Numbered from the stretch's first letter, positions 43,845-55,363 are shown. The stretch is DNA of 64,000 nt from Lachnospiraceae bacterium (GCA_017624235.1 JAGANL010000022.1:605-64604); one strand, 5' to 3'. Notes: generated by a model not told the origin, from the letters alone. A program made the numbers and translations.

Positions 43845-45815
43845 CTATACCTGCAGGGTAAAATCGCTGTGATCCAGGGAAAAGTTCGGATTGTAATACG
43901 GATCTCCCTTGGCCAGCTCCTCCTTCCATTTTTCCCGAAAATGCGCTGACTCCTCATTGTAGCGGACAGCCTTCTCATCCTTGTCATCCAATCCTCTGGA
44001 CTGTGATTCGAAATGATACAGCTCGCAATAGGGATTGAACACGTTGAGATACCCCAGTCTGCGCAGACGCAGACAGAAATCCACATCATTTAACGCTACG
44101 GCAAAGCTCTCATCCAGACCGCCCAGCTTGTCATACAGGGACTTCTTCACCAACAGGCAGGCCCCGGTCACTGCTGTGACATCCTGTGCATAGCAGAGCC
44201 TTCCCATATATCCGACATTTTCATAGTTCACTTTATAATGCGTATGTCCTGCAGTGCGATGTGCGCCCAGTCCAATCACGATTCCGGCATGCTGAATCGT
44301 CTTGTCCGGATAATAGAGCTTTGCTCCTACCGCACCTACGTCCTCACGCTGCCCATACATCAAAAGCTCCTCCATCCAGTTGACAGAGATAACCTGAGTA
44401 TCGTTATTCAAAAGCAGGATATATTCCCCATCCGCAAAGCCTGCTCCGAAATTATTGATCCTGGAATAATTAAATTCTCCTTCATAAGTCACGATGCGGA
44501 TTTTCGGATGCCTGCCCAGCTCTTCATAGTACTCTTTGATTTCCGAAGTCGTACTGTTATTTTCCACCACGATAATCTCATAGTTTTCATAAGTGGACTT
44601 ATCCAGAATGGAACTGATGCAGCGGCTCAAATCCTCATAATGATCCTTATTGGCAATGATAATCGAAATTTTGGGTGCAGCCGTCAGCGCATATTTGATA
44701 CGGAAAATCGTCTCAAAAGCACGGCTGCTGATAATTTCAAAATCTTTATAGCCCAGACTTGTCAAATGATCTGCTACAGCGCCCCTGGCCGCCTCAATCG
44801 CATAGGTCTTGGCGCTGATATCCGATGCCACGCTGCCCGGATGGGAACGCCAGTAATACAAAAGCTTCGGAACATGCACGACCTTTTTGGCTCTGGTCGT
44901 CAGCCTGAGAATCATATCATGATCCTGACTGCCGTCAAACCTGGAACGGAACAACTCTGTGCCCTCCAGCAGTTCTCTGGAAAATACACTGAAATGGCAA
45001 ATATAATTGTTGGCCCTGAGCGTATCAATCGCATAGTCCGGCTTGAAATGCAGCGTAATCATCTTATCGATATTGCCGTTTTTAAAGGTTGCCTCATCAC
45101 AATAAATATAATCGGCTCCCTGCTCGGCTATGACCTTGCGGTATTCAAACAGCACGCAGGGATGCAGAATGTCATCGTGATCAAACAGTCCGATATAATT
45201 TCCGGTGGCCATTTTATAGCACTCATTCGTATTGCCGGAAATACCCTCGTTGCTTTTTAATTTTTCATAGACGATACGTGCATCCTTTTCCTGATACTGC
45301 TTACAGATCTCACCTACATAAGCATGCTCTGCATCGGAGCCATCCGCCAGACAAAGCTCCCAGTCCTCATAAGTCTGTGCCACAACGGAATCGATCATTT
45401 CCGTCAAAAACTGCTTCGGTGTATTATAAAGAGGCACTAAAATACTGAATTTCACCTCGCCGGGGAATTTCGTGCTGCGCTGTTCTTCTATCTGCTCCTT
45501 TGTCGGGAAGCTTGCTCTGCCGTGCTTCTTCTGCGCCTTCTTCTCAATCGCCTTGCTCTTTAGCTTACGTGCAATTCCCTTTGGATTGCCGTAACGGACA
45601 ATGCGGTCCTTTGTTCGGATGATCAGGTGCATCAGTGACCTTGCCGGTTTACTGATCTTCCAGAGCGGATTATTCTTGATGCGCTTCAGTTTAAAATCCA
45701 GATCCGCAATCTGTGTTTCCGCATCCGCAAGCCTGCCTGCCAGCACACTGTTTTTCTGCTTTTCCTTCTCATAGGCCGCTTTATAATATTCAAGTAACTC
45801 TGTTTCGTTGTTCAT
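43845..45815 (-). CDS. Bifunctional glycosyltransferase (two GT2 domains, N-terminal coiled coil)
   Basis: 656 aa. FSILVPLYNT…LADGSD…DHDD and ISIIIANKD…VVENNS…NNDT. Confidence 0.82.
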   Translation of the reverse strand: MNNETELLEYYKAAYEKEKQKNSVLAGRLADAETQIADLDFKLKRIKNNPLWKISKPARSLMHLIIRTKDRIVRYGNPKGIARKLKSKAIEKKAQKKHGRASFPTKEQIEEQRSTKFPGEVKFSILVPLYNTPKQFLTEMIDSVVAQTYEDWELCLADGSDAEHAYVGEICKQYQEKDARIVYEKLKSNEGISGNTNECYKMATGNYIGLFDHDDILHPCVLFEYRKVIAEQGADYIYCDEATFKNGNIDKMITLHFKPDYAIDTLRANNYICHFSVFSRELLEGTELFRSRFDGSQDHDMILRLTTRAKKVVHVPKLLYYWRSHPGSVASDISAKTYAIEAARGAVADHLTSLGYKDFEIISSRAFETIFRIKYALTAAPKISIIIANKDHYEDLSRCISSILDKSTYENYEIIVVENNSTTSEIKEYYEELGRHPKIRIVTYEGEFNYSRINNFGAGFADGEYILLLNNDTQVISVNWMEELLMYGQREDVGAVGAKLYYPDKTIQHAGIVIGLGAHRTAGHTHYKVNYENVGYMGRLCYAQDVTAVTGACLLVKKSLYDKLGGLDESFAVALNDVDFCLRLRRLGYLNVFNPYCELYHFESQSRGLDDKDEKAVRYNEESAHFREKWKEELAKGDPYYNPNFSLDHSDFTLQV

Positions 45816-45898
45816 TCTGACTCCTTAGCTTTCACAGGAACGGCTCTTTTCCCTCTGTTTTGTCCAATTCCCGTATTATTGTATCACATCCTGCCGGA

Positions 45899-47860
45899 TT
45901 ATTCCACTGTCAGTATCGCTTCTGTTTCCCGATACAGCTTCTGACTGGAACACCCGTCCTTCACAAGCATCGCAATACGATAGCTTCCGGCCGGCAGCTT
46001 TTCTTTGGGAATCCTGCATACAAAGCCCGCCAGTGCCACATGAACCTGCTGTGGCAGAATGGCTTCCACATCCTCCCGGTACCGGGTAAGCGCCTCTGCC
46101 TCATAAATAACGTCAGTCTTCTCTTCTGTCAGCAGAATACTTCTTGTATAACGGCAGTTATCCATTCCAAGTACATACGACCAGCCCTCAATCCAATACA
46201 CCTCAGACTGCTCGGTCAGATCCAGCTTTCGCTCTCTTCTGGCATGCTCCACATTGACCGTCAGACAGTCATTCTTCCACTCCGGCAAAATCCTTTTCCG
46301 ATAAGGCCTTATACCGGTATAGCAGTCTCTGCGTTCATATTCATACTCATAGCTGCAAATATAGTCACTGAAATGCTCCGCAAGCAATGGGCTGTAAAAC
46401 GGGTCCTGCTTCCAAAGCTTGGGATGCCTCGTATATAAAGTGTGCTTCTCCTGCAAAAGCCGCTCCCATTTCTGCTCAGAAAGATTATCATCCCCACGGC
46501 TCAAGGATTCATGATGATACAGCACTGCATCATTGCACTGGATATTATACCAGCCCTTCTCGTACAGGCTGAAGCAGAAATCCACATCGTTATAGGACAC
46601 GGCCATCCCTTCATAGAAGCCGCCCACTGCATCGTATTTTTCCCTTGCTACCAGCAGGCAGGCCGCGGTTACCGCCAGCATATTCTGTCTGCCACGGTTT
46701 CTTCCATGATAGTAATTCTGCGAATCGGAGCATTTTAACAGCTTATGTGCCGGGCCTACCCGCAGATTCGTCACTCCAACATGCTGAATGAGATCCGTGT
46801 CGGGATAGAGCAGCTTCGCTCCGACCGCTCCGGCATGCTTCTGCACTGCCGCTGACATCATCCTCTGCAGCCATTCTTCCCCCTGCGATGGCATCACTTC
46901 AATGTCATCGTTCAAAAAAAGCAGATATTCTCCCTTTGCCATAGCTGCGCCCACATTGCACATCCTCGAAAAATTAAAGTCCATCGGCTCATAATGATAA
47001 CGGAAGGAAAGCTCCTCTGACATCTGCTCCAGCACCGCACGGTTTTCCTCACTGCTTCCATTATCCACCACAATGATTTCCTTCATTTCAAAATCATCTG
47101 TTATTTTTGTCCGGGTTCGAACAGACTCGATACAGGTACGCAGCACCTCCGGGTTATCCTTGGACGGAATGATCATAGAGATTGTACCTGCTTTTTCCCC
47201 TGACGCGGAAGCAGCAAACCGCTCTTCCTCCGGCAGCCAGCCATCTGCTGCATCCTCTTCCTGAAAACCGTGATACAGAAATGCTTCCAGAACCTCCATC
47301 TGCTTTCGTTCCTGATTTGATAAAATATCACCTGCTTTTTCAAGACAGAACTCTGCCAGCTCCCTGCCAAGCTCCGTATAGGTATATGCAGTCAGTTCCT
47401 CTGCGCCTGCTGTCCCTTTGAACCGTTCCCACTCCTGATAAGTCTTTTTCCGTACTGCAAACAGGCTGCCGATATAAAAGGCCGTACTCCACGTATCCGG
47501 CGACCAGACCGGCTTACACCACGGAGAATGTCTTCTGCCATCCTCTGTCAGGAAATCCTCGTAGCCATATGCAAACAACAGCCATGGTTTTTGCACCATC
47601 TCCTGATCCAGCTTCCGAAACGCATCCGCTGACGGCATCCCACTGTTCAAATAAATAACTATCGCCTCTTCTGTTTCCCTGAGTGCATATTCGGAATCGT
47701 GTTTCTGTGCTCTTTGCTCTACGGAAAGCCGTGTTTCCTCTCCCCTCTGCAAAAGGAGCTGTGCGTAACGGTCGCTCTGTCTTTCCACCTCAGCAAGATA
47801 CTTTTTGTGACATCTGTTATATAATGTTTTCTGAATATACTCCTTGACCGGATTTCCCAT
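45899..47860 (-). CDS. Glycosyltransferase (central GT2 domain, large unknown flanking domains)
   Basis: 653 aa. ISMIIPSKDNP…VVDNGSSEEN…LNDDIEV. Confidence 0.78.
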   Translation of the reverse strand: MGNPVKEYIQKTLYNRCHKKYLAEVERQSDRYAQLLLQRGEETRLSVEQRAQKHDSEYALRETEEAIVIYLNSGMPSADAFRKLDQEMVQKPWLLFAYGYEDFLTEDGRRHSPWCKPVWSPDTWSTAFYIGSLFAVRKKTYQEWERFKGTAGAEELTAYTYTELGRELAEFCLEKAGDILSNQERKQMEVLEAFLYHGFQEEDAADGWLPEEERFAASASGEKAGTISMIIPSKDNPEVLRTCIESVRTRTKITDDFEMKEIIVVDNGSSEENRAVLEQMSEELSFRYHYEPMDFNFSRMCNVGAAMAKGEYLLFLNDDIEVMPSQGEEWLQRMMSAAVQKHAGAVGAKLLYPDTDLIQHVGVTNLRVGPAHKLLKCSDSQNYYHGRNRGRQNMLAVTAACLLVAREKYDAVGGFYEGMAVSYNDVDFCFSLYEKGWYNIQCNDAVLYHHESLSRGDDNLSEQKWERLLQEKHTLYTRHPKLWKQDPFYSPLLAEHFSDYICSYEYEYERRDCYTGIRPYRKRILPEWKNDCLTVNVEHARRERKLDLTEQSEVYWIEGWSYVLGMDNCRYTRSILLTEEKTDVIYEAEALTRYREDVEAILPQQVHVALAGFVCRIPKEKLPAGSYRIAMLVKDGCSSQKLYRETEAILTVE

Positions 47861-47887
47861 GTCCTGCTTGTCCCTTTTCTTTTCTAT

Positions 47888-50047
47888 TCAGGCTATTGTG
47901 CCGAAGCTCCTGCGGCCAAACCAGCCCTTCTTCTCAAAACCGGCTACAACCTGTTCTGCCATAGTCTGTGGCAGGGATACGATTCCCAGATTCACACTCA
48001 GCCTCATCCGCTGATTTCCTTCCGGCCTTTGCTGTTTACTGAAGTCTATCGTAATATTAGGGTCATCGGTAGCAAAAACCGCCGCGTTATCAGAAATTAA
48101 CTTTCCATTTAACAAACATTCTTTTAATGAAACCTGCCTCTCTGCCCTTGGCTCCCTGTCGGAGACACCGTCCTTCCCGTTATCTCCCACAGCCGTTTCC
48201 TGCAGGCGATACAAGGCAATCCTCTCTGCCGTTACCAGACAGCTTTCTAACGCCGGATCGATTCGCACTGCACGAATGCCCTCCGGCAATTCAATATCGA
48301 ACGATATTTTATTTCCTTCACCGTACGCTTCTTCGCCTGCATAAGCTCCTGGTACAAAGTAAGACTGTTCTTCCGAAAAACCATTTCCGGTATCCTCATA
48401 GACCTGTACCTTTTTCCGTCCCCACTTCCCGGCCTCCCGCTCGGCAATCTGAGCCGCCGGCAAAATCGGACATTCAATACGGTTGCGCATTTCTGTCATG
48501 GACAGTCTGTTTCCGGTCACAAAATGCTGAAATTCTGCTTCCTCCTCTGCCATCTTTTGGATATCGTCCTCTGTATAACCCAATACCTCCTGCATATAGG
48601 AGAGGCTGGCCTTTCTCCGCTTAACCGCCCCAATCATATAACAATACAGGGAACGAAACGTCGTCTCTCTTCCCGTATTCGCCCGGTCAAAGGTCCATTC
48701 ATAGTCTATAATGGTCCACTCCGCCTGATTTGACATGATATTACAGAAAATCAGGTCATAATCTGTAACTTCCGTTTTCTCATGATACGAAACAGCCGTT
48801 CTGTATTCATCCAGAAGCTTCCGAAAGCCCTTCTCATCTCCCTGATCCAGCTTCTCATCCAAAAGCTCCTCCAATGTCCGGCCGGACAGATATTCTAAAA
48901 ACACACCATCCTGTGCCTTTTCACAGCGGTTTACTTTCAGTCGTCCGCCTTCGTATTTTGCAGATAATTTTTCATACGCCCTTAAAATACCGTCCACATG
49001 CGTGCCTGCCGCCTCGGACAGCGGAACCTTCTTGACAAATCGAGCCCCGTCCGGCTCCTCATAAATATCCGTCCGTACTGCAAAGCGTTCTGCCCGGTCA
49101 TTGGAATATTTCGCATATTTGATCTCCAGCTCCTTTCCAATCAACAGCAGATAGGAATTGGAATAGAGCGGAAATTCCTCTTCCCGGATAATCGTATCAA
49201 AGACATTCTTTTCATCGAACAACAGCATCCTGTCACGGTCAAAATTCCGCAGGTTGGTCGATAATTCCCCTACCTTCGGCAGATACGCATCCGAATAGAT
49301 GCTGGTCATAAACTTATAATCCGGATAAGGATAATAGAACGAATACTCGGCAATCCCGGCCGCCTGACAGATTTTTTCCAGTCCCTTTCTCGTAAAGGTG
49401 CGTACTCCTCCACCCTCCGGGTAATCCTCCAGTCCGGCAAAATACCGTCCAAGATGATCCTCCTTGCAGCCTGCCCAGTATTTGAGCCCGAATTTATTCT
49501 CAATCGCAATGACCATTCTGCCGTCTGCCTTCAGATGCTTCTGCAAAATCGTCATGAACCTTTCATATGGCTTATCCGTACCGATATAGCCCTGTCCATA
49601 CTCAAATACACCGATTAAAAAAATGTAATCATAGTCGTTCGGAAGCTCCGGCTCAATATCCTGAAAATTTCCGACGTGAATGGTTACATTACTGCATTCC
49701 TTATGGCGGTATGCGTTGATCATACTGCGTTTTTTCGACAGATCGATACAGGTCACCTCACCCGCCTTGTCCGCAAGTGTGCCTGTAATCGCGCCACAGC
49801 CGGAACCGACCTCCAATACCTTCATATTCTTGTTAAGTGGAATCCACTCCACAATATTTCCGCGCAGCGGCGAAAGATGGTACAAAACCGGCCAGCTGCC
49901 GCGTTCCTCAATCAGCCTTCCAAATTCGGATGCCGGATGCTGTTTCACCATTTCTAACAGCTCATCCTCCACCTTCCCGTCACAATACAAATCCTCTCCC
50001 GGATAATGCTTATAATCCAGCGTGATATTTCCTATCTTCTCTGTCAC
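47888..50047 (-). CDS. Class I SAM-dependent methyltransferase fused to kinase-like and C-terminal domains (WbdD-like chain-terminator candidate)
   Basis: 719 aa. SAM motif VLEVGSGCGAITG. The central region resembles a protein-kinase/APH fold (…DYDLIFCNIM…IIDYEW…). GTG start. Confidence 0.7.
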   Translation of the reverse strand: MTEKIGNITLDYKHYPGEDLYCDGKVEDELLEMVKQHPASEFGRLIEERGSWPVLYHLSPLRGNIVEWIPLNKNMKVLEVGSGCGAITGTLADKAGEVTCIDLSKKRSMINAYRHKECSNVTIHVGNFQDIEPELPNDYDYIFLIGVFEYGQGYIGTDKPYERFMTILQKHLKADGRMVIAIENKFGLKYWAGCKEDHLGRYFAGLEDYPEGGGVRTFTRKGLEKICQAAGIAEYSFYYPYPDYKFMTSIYSDAYLPKVGELSTNLRNFDRDRMLLFDEKNVFDTIIREEEFPLYSNSYLLLIGKELEIKYAKYSNDRAERFAVRTDIYEEPDGARFVKKVPLSEAAGTHVDGILRAYEKLSAKYEGGRLKVNRCEKAQDGVFLEYLSGRTLEELLDEKLDQGDEKGFRKLLDEYRTAVSYHEKTEVTDYDLIFCNIMSNQAEWTIIDYEWTFDRANTGRETTFRSLYCYMIGAVKRRKASLSYMQEVLGYTEDDIQKMAEEEAEFQHFVTGNRLSMTEMRNRIECPILPAAQIAEREAGKWGRKKVQVYEDTGNGFSEEQSYFVPGAYAGEEAYGEGNKISFDIELPEGIRAVRIDPALESCLVTAERIALYRLQETAVGDNGKDGVSDREPRAERQVSLKECLLNGKLISDNAAVFATDDPNITIDFSKQQRPEGNQRMRLSVNLGIVSLPQTMAEQVVAGFEKKGWFGRRSFGTIA

Positions 50048-50129
50048 GTTCCCATATCCTTCCTGCCATCCCGTTTCCCTTTGCCGGATGCTTCCGACCT
50101 TCTCCGGGATTGTCCTGTTTCTACATTCG

Positions 50130-51416
50130 CTATTTTATCGTAATCTGCGATCCCATGTCATAATAACCCACTGTATTTTTATCCGAAATGACCGTCACAT
50201 TATAGACGTCATACAGTCTGTGATATACCTTGAAGGCATCGCCCTCATAGCCTGTCAGTCCTAAAGAAAGCAAATATTCCCCTCCCTGCAGGCTCATCCT
50301 CTGATGAAAAATGATTTCCTTCTCTTCTCCGGCAGTCACACTCTCCAGAAACGCCTTTTCTACCATCGTGTTCGTACCCGTAATCTCCGTTCCCTTGACA
50401 TCCTTAAAGGAAAACGCAAAGATTGGAGCCGGCAGATTATCGTAGAATTTCACCTTCATATGAATGTCAAACTCCGTGCCCTTAATGACTGCACTGGAAC
50501 GCACACCACGCTCATCCGTCAGAAAGAACTCCGTAATCTCCGCCTGCTTTGTACCGTACTCCAAAAGCTCCGGATTTTCCCCGGCCGCCTTCTTCTGAAG
50601 CTCCTCATCGCTTAACAGGTTTCCGGACTTCTTCTCATCATCCATCTCAAATGCCGTCTCATCCGGCACAACATACTGTCCCACCAGCACCTGCTTGTAA
50701 GCATCAATCATTTCCTTCGGACTGCCCTCACCGAGCTTGACACCCTGATTGAGCAGCACGACACGGTCACAGTATTTGCTGATGCTACTCAAGTCATGAC
50801 TGACAAACAGAATCGTTTTACCCGCCCGTTTAAATTCTTCAAATTTGTGATAGCATTTTGCCTGAAAGAAGACATCGCCTACCGAAAGCGCCTCATCCAC
50901 AATGAGAATCTCCGGCTCAATATTAATGGCCACCGCAAAGGCCAGACGCACGAACATACCGCTGGAATACGTCTTCACCGGCTGGTGCACATACTCCCCA
51001 ATATCTGCAAAGTCCAGAATATCCTGCATTTTGGCATCAATTTCCTCCTTGGAAAAGCCAATCATCGTACCATTCAGATAAATATTCTCGATGCCGTTAT
51101 ACTCCATATTAAAGCCTGCACCAAGCTCCAACAGTGCGGAAATCCTGCCATTGACCGTCACATTGCCCGAGGTCGGATTTAAAACTCCGGTTATGATCTT
51201 CAGAATCGTGGACTTACCGGAACCGTTCGTGCCGATAATTCCCACACACTCGCCCTCATAGATGGACAAGTCCACATCCCTCAGTGCATAGTGCTCCGTA
51301 AACTTCTTCTTTCTGGCCAGTCCCAACGCTTCCTTCATGCGGTCGGAGGGCTTCTCATACAATTTATATCGTTTGTTTAATTTCTCTACCTGTATTGCTA
51401 CTTTTTTCTCTGCCAT
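50130..51416 (-). CDS. Polysaccharide/teichoic-acid export ABC ATPase with C-terminal Wzt-type carbohydrate-binding extension
   Basis: GTNGSGKST, YSSGMFVRLAFA, LIVDEAL, plus a beta-rich C-terminal extension of about 185 aa. ATG 51416 preferred. Confidence 0.88.
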   Translation of the reverse strand: MAEKKVAIQVEKLNKRYKLYEKPSDRMKEALGLARKKKFTEHYALRDVDLSIYEGECVGIIGTNGSGKSTILKIITGVLNPTSGNVTVNGRISALLELGAGFNMEYNGIENIYLNGTMIGFSKEEIDAKMQDILDFADIGEYVHQPVKTYSSGMFVRLAFAVAINIEPEILIVDEALSVGDVFFQAKCYHKFEEFKRAGKTILFVSHDLSSISKYCDRVVLLNQGVKLGEGSPKEMIDAYKQVLVGQYVVPDETAFEMDDEKKSGNLLSDEELQKKAAGENPELLEYGTKQAEITEFFLTDERGVRSSAVIKGTEFDIHMKVKFYDNLPAPIFAFSFKDVKGTEITGTNTMVEKAFLESVTAGEEKEIIFHQRMSLQGGEYLLSLGLTGYEGDAFKVYHRLYDVYNVTVISDKNTVGYYDMGSQITIK

Positions 51417-51436
51417 ATCACGTTGTTCCTTCCACA

Positions 51437-52450
51437 CTACAGCACATCCGCAAAATGCACCTTCAGACGTTTAAATATCAGTGCACCGATGCCGAAAATC
51501 ACGACGGTAATAATCCAGAAGAACATCGTCGAATAAAAGTCCTCCCAAAACCACGTTTTTTCAAAAATCGCACTCCGGTATCCGTTCACAATATAGAAAA
51601 TCGGATTGAATTTGAAAATAATCCGATATTCCTCCGATACCATGCTGATATTCCACAGAATCGGTGTAGCCCACATGCCGACCTGCAGAAAAATATTGAT
51701 GATCTGTCCCAGGTCACGAAAAAATACAATAATCGCACAGGTTGCATAACAGAGTCCCAGTACAAATACAAACATACAAAGGCTGAAATATATAATCTGC
51801 AGCAGGTGAATATCCGGATAATAGCCATATCCGGCAGCCAGCACCAGCATAAAGCATACAAAAAATACATGGATAAAGGTTGCAGCGATAATCTTGATAA
51901 TCGGCAGGATACTGATCTTAAAGACCACCTTTTTCACCAGATAATTGTACTCTAACAGTGCATTGGTGCCGTTGGTCAGGGCCTCGGAAAAATAAAACCA
52001 GGGTACGATACCGGTTGTCAGGTACAGCACATACGGCACACTGACTCCTTCCTTTAATATCTCTCCCTTGGCATTAAAACCAAATTCAAAAACGATCCAA
52101 TAGACCAGAATCGTCACCACAGGCTGAATAAAAGCCCACACGATTCCCATATAGGAGCCTGCATACCGGGTCTTAAAATCATTTTTGGCCAGCTTCCAGA
52201 TCAGCTTTCTGTTCTGCCACAGCTCCACCGGGAGCACCGTGATCTTATCATAAAGCCGGACAAAAAGAATCTCACAGACCGCAATAATCACACAGGCAAT
52301 CATCTTCTTTACCCGTTCCTCCTGCGGGTTGGCAAACGGATTGTGGTGCAGAACGAGCGTCACTGCCATCGCTAATGCACAGACTGTAAAAATCGTAATC
52401 CAAGCCCTTTTACTCAAATGAAATTCCTGCTTCGTTTTCTCTTTTTCCAT
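51437..52450 (-). CDS. ABC-2 type polysaccharide export permease (Wzm/TagG-like)
   Basis: 337 aa polytopic protein. …FKTRYAGSYMGIVWAFIQP… is the ABC-2 signature region. Confidence 0.88.
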   Translation of the reverse strand: MEKEKTKQEFHLSKRAWITIFTVCALAMAVTLVLHHNPFANPQEERVKKMIACVIIAVCEILFVRLYDKITVLPVELWQNRKLIWKLAKNDFKTRYAGSYMGIVWAFIQPVVTILVYWIVFEFGFNAKGEILKEGVSVPYVLYLTTGIVPWFYFSEALTNGTNALLEYNYLVKKVVFKISILPIIKIIAATFIHVFFVCFMLVLAAGYGYYPDIHLLQIIYFSLCMFVFVLGLCYATCAIIVFFRDLGQIINIFLQVGMWATPILWNISMVSEEYRIIFKFNPIFYIVNGYRSAIFEKTWFWEDFYSTMFFWIITVVIFGIGALIFKRLKVHFADVL

Positions 52451-52464
52451 ACAGTAACCTTACT

Positions 52465-53031
52465 CTACTTCGCCTTCCTGCTCTCCGTATATTCACGGAT
52501 TCCGCCCCATTTCGTATCCTTCTCGGAAAGAATCAGTTCCATTCCTTCCGGGATTGGCCACTCTACGCCGATGTCGGGATCGCTCCATAAAAGTCCGCCT
52601 TCATCGTTCGGATGATAAAAATCTGTACATTTATAGCAGAACTCCGCATAATCCGACAGCACCAGAAAACCATGCGCAAAATTTTTCGGAATGAAGAACT
52701 GCTTCTTATTTTCTTCCGAAAGCAGCACTCCGAACCACTTTCCGTATGTAGCCGAGCCTTCCCTCAAGTCCACCGCTACATCAAATACCTCACCGCGCAC
52801 GACGCGCACCAGCTTATCCTGTGGAAATTCCTTCTGAAAATGCAGTCCGCGCAGCACGCCCTTTTTGGACGCGGACTGATTATCCTGCACAAACTGCATA
52901 TCCAGACCGGCCTCCTTAAAGTCGTTATAATTATAGGTTTCCATAAAATATCCTCTGGCATCTCCGAAAACTGCCGGTGTAATAATCTTAAGACCTTCAA
53001 TCTCACATGTTTCTACTGTAATCTTTCCCAT
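52465..53031 (-). CDS. rfbC: dTDP-4-dehydrorhamnose 3,5-epimerase
   Basis: MGKITVETCEIEGLKIITP…GDARGYF…LRGLHFQ…; 188 aa. Confidence 0.93.
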   Translation of the reverse strand: MGKITVETCEIEGLKIITPAVFGDARGYFMETYNYNDFKEAGLDMQFVQDNQSASKKGVLRGLHFQKEFPQDKLVRVVRGEVFDVAVDLREGSATYGKWFGVLLSEENKKQFFIPKNFAHGFLVLSDYAEFCYKCTDFYHPNDEGGLLWSDPDIGVEWPIPEGMELILSEKDTKWGGIREYTESRKAK

Positions 53032-53124
53032 TTGCTCCTCTTTCTCCCTTTCCTTGATTTCTATCACTGGTTGGCGGCTCTTTTTGCCCCGTTAACCGAT
53101 TTCCGGTCGGTGAGTGACACTATA

Positions 53125-54504
53125 TTAATAGCCCAGATAGCTGATATTTAAATCCACCCGGCCCTTCATGCCGTCGATACTTCCATTCGAGGTATACTGC
53201 CAGATCTGATATTTTCCGGTATAGAGCGGATCACTGCGATACTCTGCAAGCCAGGTCACATAATCCGACAGTTCAGAAGCGGTCAGATTATGGTACCACC
53301 AGTTGCGGCTCGCATAGACACCAGCCTTCCTTCCGGCGCTCTCAATCGTCTCACAGAAGGCACGGCACACCGCTGTACGCTCCCGTACACCAAGTCCGTC
53401 TGCCCGTCCGTTTCCTCCGGCTCCTTCCGTATCAATGAAAACCGGATAATCCAGATTGTAGTCCCGGCACAGGCTGATGACCATACTGGCTTCCTCCACA
53501 GCCTCTACCTCATTCGTGGCCTGTGTAAAGAAATAAACACCTATGGAAATACCGTTCGCTTTAGCTCCCTCTATATTTTTGATAAAATAGGGATCCTCTA
53601 CCAGCACGCCCGAAGACGAACCGCGGTAGCCACAGCGGATGATAGCAAAATCCACCCCTGCATTCTTCACCTTTGCCCAGTCAATCTCTCCGTTCCATTT
53701 AGACACATCGATACCGACTCTGGCTGTGCCGTCCGGTATCTTTAATGCCGTTTCTTCCGTACCATCGATATCCGTCCCGGCATCCTTTACCCCGGTATCT
53801 TCTTTGGCGGCATCGATTTCATCCTCCGTCTTGATCAGGGCCGAAATATTATCAATAATCCGATATTCCAGTTTGTCCTTGACCTTCACATCCAATGCGG
53901 CATCCGTGACCTCATAGCCTTCCATCGGCTGCAGGGTCAGCGCATAATCCCCCGCCTTCAGACCGCCTATATAAATGATACCGTCCTGATCCAGATCCTT
54001 ATACCCTTCATCCGGCTCTGCCGTCTCTCCCGTACCGGACAACGTCACATAAAAGCTCTGTCCCTTTACGGTTCTACCGCTTCCGTCCAAAATCAGGATG
54101 CGCAGATCCTTTTCCACCGACGTAGCCATCATCGTAAGCGTACTGCTTTGCTTCTCCAGCATAGCCAGATAGCCCGGCTTTTCCGGATCAAAAAAGGTCT
54201 CATCATACTGAAAAGCTGACAGATCGGAACCGATAATCATGCCGTTTTCATCCAGCTTCGACGGTGCTGACGTATCAGCCTGCGTGCTGCCGCCGGCCTG
54301 AGCTGTGGCTCCACTCTGACCCGACTGCTCACCTGTGCCATTTTGCCCTGCCACGCCGGCCTGAGCTGCTCCGCTTTGTTCTTCCCCGACAGCATTCCAT
54401 AAGGAAGCGGTTTTGCCCTGATTCACTGCAACGACCGTGACAGCCGCCAGAATCAAAACGGACAATGCCAGCAAAACGGCTCTTCGCTTTACCTTAGAGT
54501 CCAT
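53125..54504 (-). CDS. Membrane-anchored GH25 muramidase (lysozyme) paralogue, short form
   Basis: 459 aa. TM helix, Gln/Gly/Ala-rich linker, beta-sandwich domain, then GH25 [32 protein letters not shown]… with the ending …[12 protein letters not shown] shared with the long paralogue. Confidence 0.85.
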   Translation of the reverse strand: MDSKVKRRAVLLALSVLILAAVTVVAVNQGKTASLWNAVGEEQSGAAQAGVAGQNGTGEQSGQSGATAQAGGSTQADTSAPSKLDENGMIIGSDLSAFQYDETFFDPEKPGYLAMLEKQSSTLTMMATSVEKDLRILILDGSGRTVKGQSFYVTLSGTGETAEPDEGYKDLDQDGIIYIGGLKAGDYALTLQPMEGYEVTDAALDVKVKDKLEYRIIDNISALIKTEDEIDAAKEDTGVKDAGTDIDGTEETALKIPDGTARVGIDVSKWNGEIDWAKVKNAGVDFAIIRCGYRGSSSGVLVEDPYFIKNIEGAKANGISIGVYFFTQATNEVEAVEEASMVISLCRDYNLDYPVFIDTEGAGGNGRADGLGVRERTAVCRAFCETIESAGRKAGVYASRNWWYHNLTASELSDYVTWLAEYRSDPLYTGKYQIWQYTSNGSIDGMKGRVDLNISYLGY

Positions 54505-55363
54505 TTGCGACCTCTACCAGATATTTTCCGTAATTCGTTTTCATAAGCGGCTCTGCCAGCTTCAAAAGCTGCTCTTTGGTAATGAAGCCGCGTTTATAAG
54601 CAATTTCTTCAATGCAGGATACATAAAGTCCCTGTCTCTTCTGAACAGCCGATACAAAATCTGCAGCATCCAGCAGGGAATCATGATTGCCGGTATCCAG
54701 CCATGCAAAGCCTCTTCCCATCGTCTCTACATGAAGCGTTCCCCGCCTTAAATATTCGTTATTGATACTCGTAATCTCGATTTCACCACGCGCAGACGGC
54801 TTCACATTTCGTGCAATTTCTACGACATCATTGTCATAAAAATAGAGTCCCGGAACCGCATAGTTGCTCTTTGGATGCTCCGGCTTCTCCTCAATCGAAA
54901 GTGCCTTGCCGCTCTCATCAAATTCCACAACACCGTATTCCCTCGGATCTCTGACATAGTAGCCAAAGATGGTTGCTCCTTTTTCTCTGGAAGCAGCTTC
55001 TCTGAGCACCTTCGAAAAGCTCTGACCATAAAAAATATTGTCACCCAGCACCAGCGCCACGCTGTCCTCTCCGATAAAATCCGCACCGATGATAAACGCG
55101 TCAGCCAACCCTCTCGGGTACTCCTGTACCGCATATTCCAGACGCATGCCAAGCTGGCTGCCGTCTCCCAGCAGCTCCTCAAATACCGGAAGATCTCTCG
55201 GTGTCGAGATAATAAGCACCTCTCTGATGCCTGCTAACATCAGTGTGGACAGTGGATAATAAATCATCGGTTTGTCATATACCGGCATAATCTGCTTGGA
55301 AATGGCCTTGGTCAGCGGATAAAGCCTCGTACCGCTTCCGCCTGCTAAAATAATACCCTTCAT
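54494..55363 (-). CDS. rfbA: Glucose-1-phosphate thymidylyltransferase
   Basis: [18 protein letters not shown]…; GGAGGA RBS before ATG 55363. Confidence 0.95.
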   Translation of the reverse strand: MKGIILAGGSGTRLYPLTKAISKQIMPVYDKPMIYYPLSTLMLAGIREVLIISTPRDLPVFEELLGDGSQLGMRLEYAVQEYPRGLADAFIIGADFIGEDSVALVLGDNIFYGQSFSKVLREAASREKGATIFGYYVRDPREYGVVEFDESGKALSIEEKPEHPKSNYAVPGLYFYDNDVVEIARNVKPSARGEIEITSINNEYLRRGTLHVETMGRGFAWLDTGNHDSLLDAADFVSAVQKRQGLYVSCIEEIAYKRGFITKEQLLKLAEPLMKTNYGKYLVEVANGL

